Source of the DNA: a virus
Lineage: Duplodnaviria > Caudoviricetes
Direction: 5' to 3' (one strand)
IMG/VR virus record: IMGVR_UViG_3300025575_000025
Location: 1 to 42,780 of that record
DNA: 42,780 nucleotides
Below are positions 10,070 through 20,421 of this stretch, in pieces. Positions within the stretch are counted from its first letter, which is position 1; every line of letters begins with the position of its first letter. The notes beneath the pieces were generated by a model that had not been told where the DNA came from, searched no databases, and was given only the letters and a program-made list of their open reading frames with translations. The position numbers and the translations under genes were made by a program.

Positions 10070-10454
10070 GTACCTGTACCTCCGAATCCGAAGTAGAATC
10101 AGTATAATCTTCTAATACCAATTCACAGCATTGTCCCACAATCTCAAATAACTGATTTTCTAGAGGGAAGTTTCCCACATGGTATGAATATGTATTGTAT
10201 TTATCCTTTGATATATGTAATGATTCAAATCCATTAAAAATGTGATTGCTATTATATATTCTACCCGAAACCCTAATTAATTTTTTTACCGTATCTTTAG
10301 AATTATAAATTGTATCTAAAATGTCAGTTATGCTTTTCTGAGTATGGTCTGTCAAATCCTCCACTAAATAATTCATTCTGGATAAGTCTGATTCATCAAG
10401 GGATATTTTTCCGTTGAAATAAATTGTTTGCATATGTATTAAAACCTCTTTCAT
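10059..10454 (-). CDS. hypothetical phage protein
   Basis: 131 aa ORF in operon upstream of yonO. Confidence 0.75.
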   Translation of the reverse strand: MKEVLIHMQTIYFNGKISLDESDLSRMNYLVEDLTDHTQKSITDILDTIYNSKDTVKKLIRVSGRIYNSNHIFNGFESLHISKDKYNTYSYHVGNFPLENQLFEIVGQCCELVLEDYTDSTSDSEVQVHVS

Positions 10455-10691
10455 ATTATATTATTTATTATTAGTATATATTGAATGAAAACCATGTGTC
10501 TACCTAAAAATTAACTCGAAAACACAACTTTTTACCGAACTCTGAAACCGTTGGTATAAGCGACTTGTAGCAATCGTCTAATTTATGTAATTCACAGAAA
10601 CGATGCAAGGTTGATTCAGAAAGTTCTAATGGTAGAATCTTAGCTTATTGAAATTTGCAACGCTTAGAGAGTCAATATAATGATGATAGTT

Positions 10692-11096
10692 TTATGTATT
10701 TTTATTTAACTTTTTCTGCTCTTTAAGAACTAACTTTTCTTCTGCCTTTTTAATCTTAATTTGCTGATCAATTAATTGTTGATTACTTCCCATAGTAGCA
10801 AACTTTAAAATCTTATGTACTTTATGTATATCTGACTCCGAGAATGTCATTAAGGACTCTTCACAAGTCTCAGCACTGATGATACTATGTATTTTAATAT
10901 CTGATAATTCAAACTTATGTAATAGTGATTTTTCTGATACGCTTGATTCTAGGTGGATTGCTATAGAGTCTGTGCCGTAGCGATAAATTTCTGATTTGTA
11001 TTTACCAGTTAAGAAGTTATCATCTTTGTTTTTACTGATGCTACCATCACTGTTGGTTTGAAAATGTAGCGTGTACTTGCCAATGTAATTAAAAAT
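10692..11096 (-). CDS. hypothetical protein with probable ATT start (134 aa)
   Basis: Not in track; GAGGTG RBS 7 nt before ATT; reads (M)FNYIGKYTLHFQTNSDG...KKLNKNT; in-frame TGA just upstream. Confidence 0.6.
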   Translation of the reverse strand: MFNYIGKYTLHFQTNSDGSISKNKDDNFLTGKYKSEIYRYGTDSIAIHLESSVSEKSLLHKFELSDIKIHSIISAETCEESLMTFSESDIHKVHKILKFATMGSNQQLIDQQIKIKKAEEKLVLKEQKKLNKNT

Positions 11097-11484
11097 ATTC
11101 TTTCACCTCAATTTATTTATTTACTATATGTAAGATTTGATAATATATTATATTTGTATAGTAGATTGTTCCACTATTTATAGTTATATGTAAATTCACA
11201 TACTGTAGTAATGGAATCTGAGCTTAGAGTTGATATTCACAAGTATGTTGCCAATTAATAATCATCACCTTTCTATATGGGTATATGGTAGGAGAGGAGT
11301 TTAGTTTTTTATGTAATATGTACGCCCCCTCTACAACCTTATGTGATAATTATACTACTTTACGGGTATAAAGTCAAATAATATTATATATAATTTGTAT
11401 ATTAGTTTTATATTGTGGTTATACTATGTAATTCATGCCCATTGGTCTTATGCCTAAGCAATAAATATCTCTTAATACTTATAA

Positions 11485-12201
11485 TTATATATTTTTAAAT
11501 GCGTATTCTCCAAAATATTTCTCTTCAGCTTCTTTCCTTGCATGAATAGCATCTTCTTTATTGATAAAATAGCCTAAATGTATATCCTTATTATTTATTC
11601 TAATTCTTGCCCTCCATTTATTATTATTTAGAATTACACCAGCAACACCAGTTGCATTATTAATTCTAATTTTTTGATTCATTTGGTTTTGACTTTCAGT
11701 GACAATTCTTAAAAACTCTTTTCTATTATCGCATGTATTATGAAAAATATGATCCACATCCATATCATCTGGACAATTCATAACTAAACGATGCATTCTC
11801 ACAGTACAATACGTATCGCTATACTTTATATTTGTTGCAATATATCCATCATCATTATTATACCAACAATAATCCTTAATTTTATCATAATCTTCTAAAT
11901 CAAAATAGAATAATTCATTAGTATTTGAAGCATATCCCACACCATATTCTTCTGAAAGAAGATCGTATGTATTATATTTCTTTTTTGATTTCCCTAATTG
12001 AATAGCTTTTTCTTTTTGTAAACAACCACATGATTTAGTGTTACCACTTCTTAAACGACTTCCTACAACAATAACTTCATTTTCTAGTTTACAATCACAC
12101 TTGCATAACCATTGTGATTCTCCTCGTTTGTTATTTTCTACTCTTTTAATCACTGTTAATTTATTAAATTTTATTCCTATTAAATTGCTCGCTTTTGACA
12201 A
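11485..12201 (-). CDS. HNH homing endonuclease with AP2 DNA-binding domain
   Basis: WLCKCDC..GNTKSCGC, MHRLVM, VDHIFHNTCDNRKEFLR..N (HNH), GV..KWRARI..HLGYF..EDA..AR..AE (AP2). Confidence 0.9.
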   Translation of the reverse strand: MSKASNLIGIKFNKLTVIKRVENNKRGESQWLCKCDCKLENEVIVVGSRLRSGNTKSCGCLQKEKAIQLGKSKKKYNTYDLLSEEYGVGYASNTNELFYFDLEDYDKIKDYCWYNNDDGYIATNIKYSDTYCTVRMHRLVMNCPDDMDVDHIFHNTCDNRKEFLRIVTESQNQMNQKIRINNATGVAGVILNNNKWRARIRINNKDIHLGYFINKEDAIHARKEAEEKYFGEYAFKNI

Positions 12202-12221
12202 ATGCCTTCACTCCTTCATTA

Positions 12222-13439
12222 CTATATATTTTCATTATCCAACCACTCAATCAAGATGTTACGCATTCTCTGGGATGGAATATAGATATTGATTTCTTTA
12301 CCTTCTCTAATGGCTGATCTCCACACCCATTGTAGTAATTCACTCAAAGCATATAACTCTTCATCTACAACTACACCATGTTTCTGAAAGTAGTTTATGT
12401 AATCTGGACTCATAAATCTATTGCAACAGTAAGCTAAATTATTACAATCTTTATATTCATTAGTAGCCCTAATATTACATGCAATAAATCTTTTAGAAAA
12501 TCCAGCACCAGATAGAGAATGTTGAGCATTTTTAAATGTAGTCCATATAATTGATTTAGCTTTAGCATTTACTATATTCCTTAGATAATTAGACATGTTG
12601 CTCTTAAGTTTAGTTTTTAAATCAGGATATTTCTTAAACCAATTCAATGATAAAGCATATTCCTTTTCACCTACTAGATTTAAATTTCCATTGTAGATAT
12701 TAACTAATTCTCTGAGTTTACTTTTATCATAAGGTTTTTTAGTTTCAAATGGAATTAGTTTTCTGTCCTCAATAGTATATTTGTCATATTTTACATTGTG
12801 CATGTCAAAATAGCATTTCATTAAAGACCCTTCAAATAAATATGTAAATATGTAAACTTCATTAAAAGCATTAAATGATTCTGTGCTGAAGTTCCATGCA
12901 AGGAATTGTACCTTTGTTGTTTTCTTAACTTGAATTACTGAGCCATTTTTACATAGGTTTCTAAAGTCATTAAATTTACCATTGTATTCTTCATCTGACC
13001 ATAATACGAATCCCCTATCATCAACTTCAATTAGATTGTTATTCAAAAGCATTTCATAATCTTGTATACTAATATCAAACATGTCTACAACATCTAAAGA
13101 TTCATCAAGCATTAATGTATAAGCACCTGAATTAATAAGGTCAATGGTTTCTGTAGTAGAAAGTTTAAAAAGAGAATGAGTAGTTGCTATGTTTGAGTTT
13201 TTAATTAGTAACTCATGAAGTCCTTCTAATTTCCCTTCTCCTAAATGTAATGGTTCTCTGAAGCCATGTTCAGTATAGAAATGAGTTCTATCTTTATTAT
13301 CACCAATGAGTCTTTTAATTTCATCAAGGTATGGAGTTATGTATATATACTTTTGGTCACTGAGTTTATCCATGACATCAAAACAGTAACTTGATTTTCC
13401 TCCACCCATAATTAAATCTACAACATGAATCTGTGTCAA
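12222..13439 (-). CDS. YonV-like P-loop NTPase / SF2 helicase-like protein
   Basis: VDLIMGGGKSS Walker A, YITPYLDEI, LMLDE Walker B, ATNEY, QWVWRSAIR. Confidence 0.8.
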   Translation of the reverse strand: MTQIHVVDLIMGGGKSSYCFDVMDKLSDQKYIYITPYLDEIKRLIGDNKDRTHFYTEHGFREPLHLGEGKLEGLHELLIKNSNIATTHSLFKLSTTETIDLINSGAYTLMLDESLDVVDMFDISIQDYEMLLNNNLIEVDDRGFVLWSDEEYNGKFNDFRNLCKNGSVIQVKKTTKVQFLAWNFSTESFNAFNEVYIFTYLFEGSLMKCYFDMHNVKYDKYTIEDRKLIPFETKKPYDKSKLRELVNIYNGNLNLVGEKEYALSLNWFKKYPDLKTKLKSNMSNYLRNIVNAKAKSIIWTTFKNAQHSLSGAGFSKRFIACNIRATNEYKDCNNLAYCCNRFMSPDYINYFQKHGVVVDEELYALSELLQWVWRSAIREGKEINIYIPSQRMRNILIEWLDNENI

Positions 13440-14859
13440 TTTATTATCTCCTTTTTATTATTATTTATATGATTTAGCATTTTTATATGTTAAATGGAAA
13501 ATGAAACGTGCATGGTTGCTAGGTTTCAGGGGTTTACTCGTAAAGGAAAGACTTACTACCCTATAAGATAATTTTTATATATAATATGTATAAAGAATGA
13601 GGAACGACGAAGCTTTTCTGAAACAAAACATTTCCGCATTCGCGTAAATATTTCTTATTCAGGATTTATATTTTTATTTTTTAATCCATAATTAATTACC
13701 TCCAATCAAATTTATAAAATAGTTTATAAATAATTATACCATATTTTTGTTTTAAATGCAAATATAATTATATTTAATTAGTATAAAATTTATTATAGTT
13801 GGAAATGATAGTTGATCTAAATTAATTTGCTCAAATTTAGAGGTGTCGTAGGGTAGGTATAATTGATTCGATGTTAGTGTAAAATATAGCCCCTTATAAT
13901 AGAAGGAAGATTTAAAAGTGGTTTGATATTGGGATGGAATGTAGGAGTAACAATGGTTTGGAGGATGTTATGATTGTGTTTTATTATTAATCTTAGCTGA
14001 TTTATTATGGATTTATTTGATATTGTTGTTGAGTGTAAAATGTGTTCGGTAGAAGTGTAAATATAGAGATGTTTTTGTTTGTTTTTATTATTGCCAGAGG
14101 GAATTAATTATTATTGTATTGGGCTGAAAGCATTATGGATAGTGAGTTTAGAGGATGTTTTGTTAGGAGAGGATTAGTAGTTAGAATTATATTTGTTATG
14201 TGAGAGAGTATGGATTTTATTTATTTTAGTGATGATTATTGTTTTTATATTTATGTGAAAGTGTTGGTAGTAGTGGGTTTTATCGAAGAGTGAGCGAAGG
14301 GAAAATAGTGTTTATTTAGATTTTGTTTGGAATTTATTTTTATTTTAGTATTGACATTTTTATTTTATTATGTAAAGTGTTTCGATGTTCGATTATAATT
14401 TGAGTGTGTGAGTTGATGTACTGTGGGGATATCCTACGGAATACGAAGGACTTTCAATGTAAACTATGCCCCGGTTATGGATATTAATTATATTATGATC
14501 ATTATATAAATGATATGTATTATCAGTTAGACATAGAATCCCTGCATCATATCAGACTAAAACCCTAGAACCCGCCTATAGATTGATTCCTGATTCTATT
14601 TGAGTGTTACAAAAGATAGTTCTGTTACACTCATCATGTTTAGATGGTTATATTAGTACCTTTTATCAATTCTGAGGGCATACAGAGCATATCAAAGACA
14701 AATTTCATAGGGTCGCTGCTATTGGGTAAACTTTGATAAAATCATGCTATTTTGATTTTAAAATTTTACTATGATCATGATTTGATTTTAAAATTTTGCT
14801 TTTTTGTTTGGGCCTCTAATCGGTCGATTTGTATAACATGAAAAATATATACGAACTAT

Positions 14860-15430
14860 TATACCCAACTAATACAGTATGAATTAAACTATCTTAAACC
14901 ATACTAAACATATATAGTATAAACATATCTATACATAACTAAAATACTATTGATTAAAACAATCTATACTACACTAAAAAATATGTATATAAAACATGTT
15001 ATACTATACTACTTTAATATACATTAATACCAACCATTATACTATACTTTATATCCTACTATTTTACTTATATATAATCCTTACTATATTAGTATACATT
15101 AAACTACACTAACTTACTATGATATATACTATACAACTTTACTTGGTATTAATCTATACCATACTACTATACATTAATACATACTTAATCAGTGTACTAT
15201 AAACATATGTCTTATGTCCTTGATAGTATAGCACAAATACATCCACTATATAGCATACAACTATTAACATGATATTCTAATGATCTATATTAACTCTTTC
15301 AGTCATCCATTAGCATTAACCATATAATCATACTACTATTAACCTTTAACCTCTTACAGAGCGTTCTAGAGCTTCTGACAGCTATCTACAATACTATCAT
15401 TATATCCAGTACTTACTATTGATCTATCAT
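14860..15430 (+). repeat. degenerate TACTAT/ATACTA short-repeat array
   Basis: More than a dozen TACTA(T/C) units, e.g. AATACTAT, TATACTATACT, TTACTAT, CATACTACTAT. Confidence 0.6.
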
Positions 15431-15506
15431 TATCCTTCTATATAATGTATCATATCTATTATGAATTGTGTCTATAAATAGTACAATAAAATAGGACTAT
15501 AAACAC

Positions 15507-15535
15507 TGTACAAATTATATTACATTTGTTATAAT
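15507..15535 (+). promoter_or_regulatory. sigma-A type promoter
   Basis: TGTACA-17-TATAAT with extended TG. Confidence 0.6.
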
Positions 15536-15565
15536 AGAGATAGTTAATAAAGGAGGTTTTCAACT

Positions 15566-15874
15566 ATGAAAGTTTTAGAGATGGTTCAGGAGAAAATCAC
15601 GAAATTTCAAAATGATTCTTTTCACCTAAGATCAGCAAAGGCATTCAGCCAGACCATCCAAAAGGTTATCATAAATAATGAGTGCCAAATCACAAAAGGA
15701 ACTATTAAAAAATTCGACTTAGATATGAATGAAATCAATGAGTTAATAGAGCAAAAATTATTAAAATATACATACAGTTCTACATGGAGAGCTAAACAAC
15801 TAGGACAGGATGATATATGGTCTCCTACAGCAAAATTCATTAAACAAATTGAAAAAATGTATAAAGAGGTGTAA
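15566..15874 (+). CDS. hypothetical early protein
   Basis: AAGGAGGT RBS, 102 aa. Confidence 0.8.
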   Translation: MKVLEMVQEKITKFQNDSFHLRSAKAFSQTIQKVIINNECQITKGTIKKFDLDMNEINELIEQKLLKYTYSSTWRAKQLGQDDIWSPTAKFIKQIEKMYKEV

Positions 15875-15910
15875 AATCCTCTTTTCCATTTTAATTAAGG
15901 AGTATTAGAA

Positions 15911-16096
15911 GTGACTAAAGATATTAAAAATTTAACCCTTGAATTAATATCGCAAATGGCAGTAGGTTATGCTCAGTCTTTTAATATTGATACCGATCAG
16001 GCAACTATAGAAATATTAAAAGCTTTAAATTCCAATATTATTAATGATGAGATATACAAACAAATATCTTATAATTTAGAAGATGAGGAGGTATAA
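15911..16096 (+). CDS. hypothetical protein
   Basis: AAGGAG RBS, GTG start. Confidence 0.7.
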   Translation: MTKDIKNLTLELISQMAVGYAQSFNIDTDQATIEILKALNSNIINDEIYKQISYNLEDEEV

Positions 16097-16098
16097 AA

Positions 16099-16293
16099 TT
16101 GTTAATACTTAAATTCTTAAAAGATTTATTTTCTAAAACCTATAAATGTGATTTCTGTCAATGCCCAGAAGATATAAATGAAACAATAGATTATAATAAT
16201 AAAACTGGTTATATCTGTGCTAGTTGTTTGAGGCATATAAGATTTAGAGAAAGTAACTATTTTAAATCTATCAAAGGAAGAGGAAAATATTAA
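16099..16293 (+). CDS. small zinc-finger protein
   Basis: GAGGAGGT RBS; CDFC...ICASC. Confidence 0.7.
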   Translation: MLILKFLKDLFSKTYKCDFCQCPEDINETIDYNNKTGYICASCLRHIRFRESNYFKSIKGRGKY

Positions 16294-16316
16294 TTTAAGA
16301 AAGAAGGCCAAATAAA

Positions 16317-16580
16317 ATGAAAAAACTAATTACTATCCTAACTCTATCCTTAACTCTTCTTATCTCCAGTTCAGTCCTAACATCTAACAATTACTCTTCT
16401 ATAATCCTTCATGTAAATTCTTCTACCTTTGATACCTCATCTAATCTTTACATATCTCAAGCAATGACAGAAAATGAAGAAATCTATTCAATCCAATCAT
16501 ACGACAATATCTCAAATCAGTGGCTAGATGCTACAATCACAGCAAATGGAAAAATCACAACATATAAAATAATGCCTTAA
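16317..16580 (+). CDS. putative secreted/membrane small protein
   Basis: MKKLITILTLSLTLLISSS signal-peptide-like N-terminus. Confidence 0.7.
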   Translation: MKKLITILTLSLTLLISSSVLTSNNYSSIILHVNSSTFDTSSNLYISQAMTENEEIYSIQSYDNISNQWLDATITANGKITTYKIMP

Positions 16581-16602
16581 ATAAATAATATAATTATAAT
16601 AT

Positions 16603-16630
16603 AGAGCTTAAAACGCTCTATATTTTTTTA
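16603..16630 (+). terminator. intrinsic terminator
   Basis: TAGAGC-TTAAAAC-GCTCTA followed by T-run. Confidence 0.7.
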
Positions 16631-16774
16631 TGCTTACAATTCCATTAATAAGCAATCCAAACGCCTTAGAAGGCTCATTCTGGGCCTCTAACATCATTCT
16701 GCTACACCTTATAATTTTCTATTGGCTTATTCTCCAATCAAATAAACAGTACACTATAAAATATTATTTATTAG

Positions 16775-16803
16775 TTGACATATCCCATAATAAAGAGTAA
16801 TAT
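16775..16803 (+). promoter_or_regulatory. sigma-A type promoter
   Basis: TTGACA-17-TAATAT. Confidence 0.65.
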
Positions 16804-16850
16804 AATAAACAAGAGGTAAACATACCTCAAAAGAAAGAAGGCAACAAAAA

Positions 16851-17228
16851 ATGGCTAGAAATCTTAAACGTGAAAATCTTAAAAAACTCCAAGCAATCAA
16901 AACATCAAACGGATTCAAGATTGACTTAGCAAACTACATGTATAATCCATCATCCAGTCACGAATATCCAAACCTCATAAAAATCACTTCACAAACTGAA
17001 ACTGAGAAATTTATTACATCTGTTCAATATTTCAAACATTACAACGGCACTGGCGAATACATAATGCAAACATACTCACATAAAATTGACCCTAACAATT
17101 CTTGGAGCATAGCAAACAATTCAAAGCAAACTGAACTAGAATCTAGTAACCGTTTTAGCCTAAAACACTTAATCGAACTCACTGAAGCAATTCAAACAGA
17201 AACAACTCAAGCCATTGCAGCAAAGTAA
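16851..17228 (+). CDS. hypothetical early protein
   Basis: 125 aa, own promoter and terminator. Confidence 0.8.
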   Translation: MARNLKRENLKKLQAIKTSNGFKIDLANYMYNPSSSHEYPNLIKITSQTETEKFITSVQYFKHYNGTGEYIMQTYSHKIDPNNSWSIANNSKQTELESSNRFSLKHLIELTEAIQTETTQAIAAK

Positions 17229-17243
17229 ATCATAAATCATCTA

Positions 17244-17270
17244 AGGGACTCGAAAGAGTCTCTTTTTTAT
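17244..17270 (+). terminator. intrinsic terminator
   Basis: GGGACTC-GAAA-GAGTCTC-TTTTTT. Confidence 0.8.
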
Positions 17271-17475
17271 TTGTGTATGATTCCATGCTTTATATGCTTC
17301 AACGCCTTAAATGGGCTATTCTGCGCCTGTGGTTATAGTTTATAAGGGTTTATAGATTGTTGGTGAATTATTGCAAAAGTGTAACATAAAAATAATTTTA
17401 GTTAGGTACTTATATTTTGTGAATGAATAGTATATACTATTATTAGATAAGGAATTGAAAGGCGGTAATTACATA

Positions 17476-17646
17476 ATGACTATTAAAGAGCAGTTAGAAA
17501 TTGGTGAATATTTTGCGGAGTATGATGAGGACTCAGCTTCCTATTGTGTATTCCACACAGACTTTAAATCAGGTTTTGCTTTCTCTTCATTCTCCAGTGA
17601 ACAAGAGGCAGAAAGAAACGCAAAAGAAAGGAATGAGTATAAATAA
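17476..17646 (+). CDS. hypothetical protein
   Basis: Track ORF 17455; RBS AAGGCGGT favours ATG 17476. Confidence 0.7.
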   Translation: MTIKEQLEIGEYFAEYDEDSASYCVFHTDFKSGFAFSSFSSEQEAERNAKERNEYK

Positions 17647-17831
17647 TGAACTTAAACATTAATCTAACAGAGCAACAAGAATCATCTATAAAAAATACTG
17701 TATTTCATAATTCTGCTGCTAAAGAATTAGCTCAAGAATTATATTCTAAAATTTCCTCAGATTACTGCAAAGAGAATAGTAATTTATCAAATGAACTATT
17801 CCAGTATTTAAAAAGGATGAAGGAGGCATAG
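17646..17831 (+). CDS. hypothetical protein
   Basis: TAATG overlap coupling with upstream gene; terminator follows. Confidence 0.65.
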   Translation: MNLNINLTEQQESSIKNTVFHNSAAKELAQELYSKISSDYCKENSNLSNELFQYLKRMKEA

Positions 17832-18170
17832 AGCTTCCTTTTTCTTTATCCCTCCAAACCCTTGTTTTATCGTATTATGTGAATCCTGAAAGCCTGTTAT
17901 ATGGCTATTCTTGAAAAGTGTAAATTAAAAATAATCACCCGGAAAGAATAATTAATTATATGTATTAAATATTCCGGGGCGTAGTAACACATGTAAAATA
18001 ATTATTTTTAAAAACTATTGCATTGCTAAAATTTTTATGATAAAATTAAATGACGACTTATTTGAGTTAATAATTTGTCGTAATTTAGTTACAGTAATAT
18101 AATAAAATACTATTGCAATATGTTTTCAGTGTGCTATAATGATATCAAGAAGTAAAACAAAAGGAAGTGC

Positions 18171-18482
18171 TTGAAGATGAAATTAAACGAATACATAAAA
18201 GCAAATTTTCCAGAGATTGAACTTCACAAAGATATCACAGAATCGGTTTTGAATATGAAAGTTTTATACTTTCAAGACTTTCACAAAAACGGAGCATTTG
18301 AATATTACAGCATAATCTTAGATCAAACTAGTTTTGTCAGAGGAACACAAAGAGATCATCAATGGGAAGTTTCAATTAAGTCTATGAAAAATGGATGTAA
18401 AGCATATCTGAAAACAGGAAAAGTAAGCCCAACAATGGAACAAATAAAAGCATATGTACCATATGAGAAGATAGAAGGTTAA
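18171..18482 (+). CDS. hypothetical early protein
   Basis: TTGCAA-16-TATAAT promoter (18113-18140), RBS, terminator AGAAGG/CCTTCT at end. Confidence 0.75.
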   Translation: MKMKLNEYIKANFPEIELHKDITESVLNMKVLYFQDFHKNGAFEYYSIILDQTSFVRGTQRDHQWEVSIKSMKNGCKAYLKTGKVSPTMEQIKAYVPYEKIEG

Positions 18483-18586
18483 CACCTTCTTTTTCTCTTT
18501 ATAATACATAAAATAAATAATAAATAACTATTGTATTATCTTCAAAATAGTGTATAATTGTAATTAGATAAAGGAGGGATGAAGAG

Positions 18587-18751
18587 GTGAAACTAGTTAA
18601 GAAGCTAAAAGGTTTTAAAGTTATGGAATTAAACCAATTGGAACAGAATGAACAGGGATGCAAATTTATTGTTTGTTCTGGTGAATATGATGATATAGAG
18701 TTTGAATGTGAAACGCTAAAGGAAAGTGTTGAAAATATACAAAGCTATTAG
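18587..18751 (+). CDS. hypothetical protein (54 aa)
   Basis: Not in track; AAGGAGG RBS, GTG start, MKLVKKLKGFKVMEL...VENIQSY. Confidence 0.6.
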   Translation: MKLVKKLKGFKVMELNQLEQNEQGCKFIVCSGEYDDIEFECETLKESVENIQSY

Positions 18752-18770
18752 AAACGAAGGAGTTTTAAAA

Positions 18771-18941
18771 ATGATTGTATTATGTTGTCCTAACTGTGAC
18801 AGTACCCACATCCAAAGAGATGATGAAAAAATGGAAAAAAGAAAAATTTCTAGTGATTGGTTTATTTGTGAGTATTGTAAACATAGTTTTCTTTTAAAAT
18901 ATACTGGTTATAGAACAGAGCGTAATTTTTTTGAAAGTTAA
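18771..18941 (+). CDS. small zinc-ribbon protein
   Basis: RBS AAGGAG before ATG 18771; CPNCDS...CEYC. Confidence 0.65.
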   Translation: MIVLCCPNCDSTHIQRDDEKMEKRKISSDWFICEYCKHSFLLKYTGYRTERNFFES

Positions 18942-19158
18942 CTCCATAAAAGAGATATGGGACGAAAAATTGAGGCAACAATATTCCATAAGTAAAGGGA
19001 TAAAAGGAGTGAAAGAAATAAAAATATATAAAACATCTATGATAAAATGCCAAACCTGTAAAAATTATAATTTAGGAAAGTGTTTAATGGGCATAAAGAA
19101 TATATATTTTGTTGAAGAGGTTGCATGTGCATTACACAAAAGGAAACATAAATTCTAA
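18931..19158 (+). CDS. hypothetical Cys-containing protein
   Basis: CQTCKN..KC motif; start uncertain. Confidence 0.45.
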   Translation: MKVNSIKEIWDEKLRQQYSISKGIKGVKEIKIYKTSMIKCQTCKNYNLGKCLMGIKNIYFVEEVACALHKRKHKF

Positions 19159-19445
19159 TGGGGGAGGAGTATGAATCTTTGAGTTTTTTAAACGCCCATA
19201 CAATAAATTTTCAGGGCTTTAGAAAATATAGACTAGATAAATAATATCTAGTCTTTCTCTATACCCTCTTATAATCCCTTTACACGCTCCAGAACGCCTT
19301 CTAAGCCCTCAGAACTCTAAAAGCATACAATTCTACCCTAAACTATTTCATACAATTCAAATGCCCATTTTAAAGGATTATTGGAGGGTTAGAAGTGGCT
19401 TATAGCTTGATTTTTGAAAAGTCAATTCGTGTAAAATAATAAATG

Positions 19446-19474
19446 TTGACATAATTATTAATGTAGTGTAATAT
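19446..19474 (+). promoter_or_regulatory. sigma-A promoter preceded by TGTAAAATAAT box (19430-19440)
   Basis: TTGACA-17-TAATAT. Confidence 0.65.
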
Positions 19475-19508
19475 ACTATTATCAAGGGAAACGAAAGGAG
19501 TGTTTAAT

Positions 19509-19742
19509 ATGACATATCAAATTCAATTAATCAAGAACTTTTCAGAATCTAATGAGGAGATTATTAAAGAAGATGAAGTAAAAACGGTAGAGGAAATAAG
19601 AGAATTTATAAAAGGTTATGATCCTGAAATTTTTGAATTAATAGTATCCGAAAATGATAAAGAATGCGGAATAATGGAAGTTGACCAAAACTGGTACATA
19701 AAATATGGATTCATGGAAGAGGAAATAGAAGAGGATGATTAA
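19509..19742 (+). CDS. acidic hypothetical protein
   Basis: RBS AAGGAG favours ATG 19509; E/D-rich. Confidence 0.75.
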   Translation: MTYQIQLIKNFSESNEEIIKEDEVKTVEEIREFIKGYDPEIFELIVSENDKECGIMEVDQNWYIKYGFMEEEIEEDD

Positions 19743-19757
19743 GGAGGTGAATAATAA

Positions 19758-19955
19758 ATGTTAAAAATTTTATATAGTTATACAGATGAATTTAATCAAG
19801 AGTCTATACATAGTAAAACATTTACAGAAGATGCTCTAGAAGTCACAAGCTCTATGGAATTACTAGTTGAAGAATTTGAAAGATTTATTATCAGTGCAGG
19901 ATTTAATGAAAATGGGTTTATAAAATTTATGAATGAAAGATATTTAGCTAAATAA
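19758..19955 (+). CDS. hypothetical protein
   Basis: AAGGAGGTG RBS. Confidence 0.75.
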   Translation: MLKILYSYTDEFNQESIHSKTFTEDALEVTSSMELLVEEFERFIISAGFNENGFIKFMNERYLAK

Positions 19956-20128
19956 CCCCATACGTTAAAACCTATATTTGGTGGTATAGGCCGATTAAAT
20001 TTATTAGGGCGCGAATGATAACTTAAGGCCGTAAATACTTTCAATAAATAATATTACAACACTTGACATATAATAAGTAATCGGTTAATATGTATATATC
20101 AGGTAAAACAAAAAAGGAGTGAACGCAA

Positions 20129-20323
20129 ATGGCTACATATCAAAACGTAAAATTTGTTTTTGAATTTATTGATCTTGAGGGAAAACCTAAAAAAGCAAAA
20201 ATTTCTGCAATGAGTATCTACGATGCAAAGAAAAAATTTGCTAATAGATACCCAAGAGACAAAAGAGGCGACTTCATAACATGTTATGAAGCAGAATCAA
20301 TTTATAAGTCGGCCACAAACTAA
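20129..20323 (+). CDS. hypothetical early protein
   Basis: TTGACA(20063)-17-TAATAT promoter, AAGGAG RBS, terminator AAGAACC/GGTTCTTTTT. Confidence 0.75.
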   Translation: MATYQNVKFVFEFIDLEGKPKKAKISAMSIYDAKKKFANRYPRDKRGDFITCYEAESIYKSATN

Positions 20324-20421
20324 GAACCTGTAAAAAGGTTCTTTTTCGGCACTGAAACAGAAAGACTTGAATTTTTAACAGTGCATAGAATGTACAAATT
20401 AAATTAAGGGAGGCAATAAAA

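Larger units (their letters stand above)
13440..15565. other. long non-coding divergence region with strand-composition switch (candidate genome end/pac site or origin)
   Basis: No ORF in track; top strand G/T-rich ~13800-14450 and A/C-rich ~14870-15480; divergent transcription on either side. Confidence 0.6.

Noticed and set aside
13681-13703. Minus-strand GGAGGT RBS followed by ATG GAT TAA (Met-Asp minigene)
   Set aside because: Too short to support a function; could be a gene remnant or chance. A similar remnant lies at ~35337-35357
14436-14466. dif-like site (ATGTAAACT resembles the Firmicute XerD arm)
   Set aside because: No matching XerC arm at the correct 6-nt spacing
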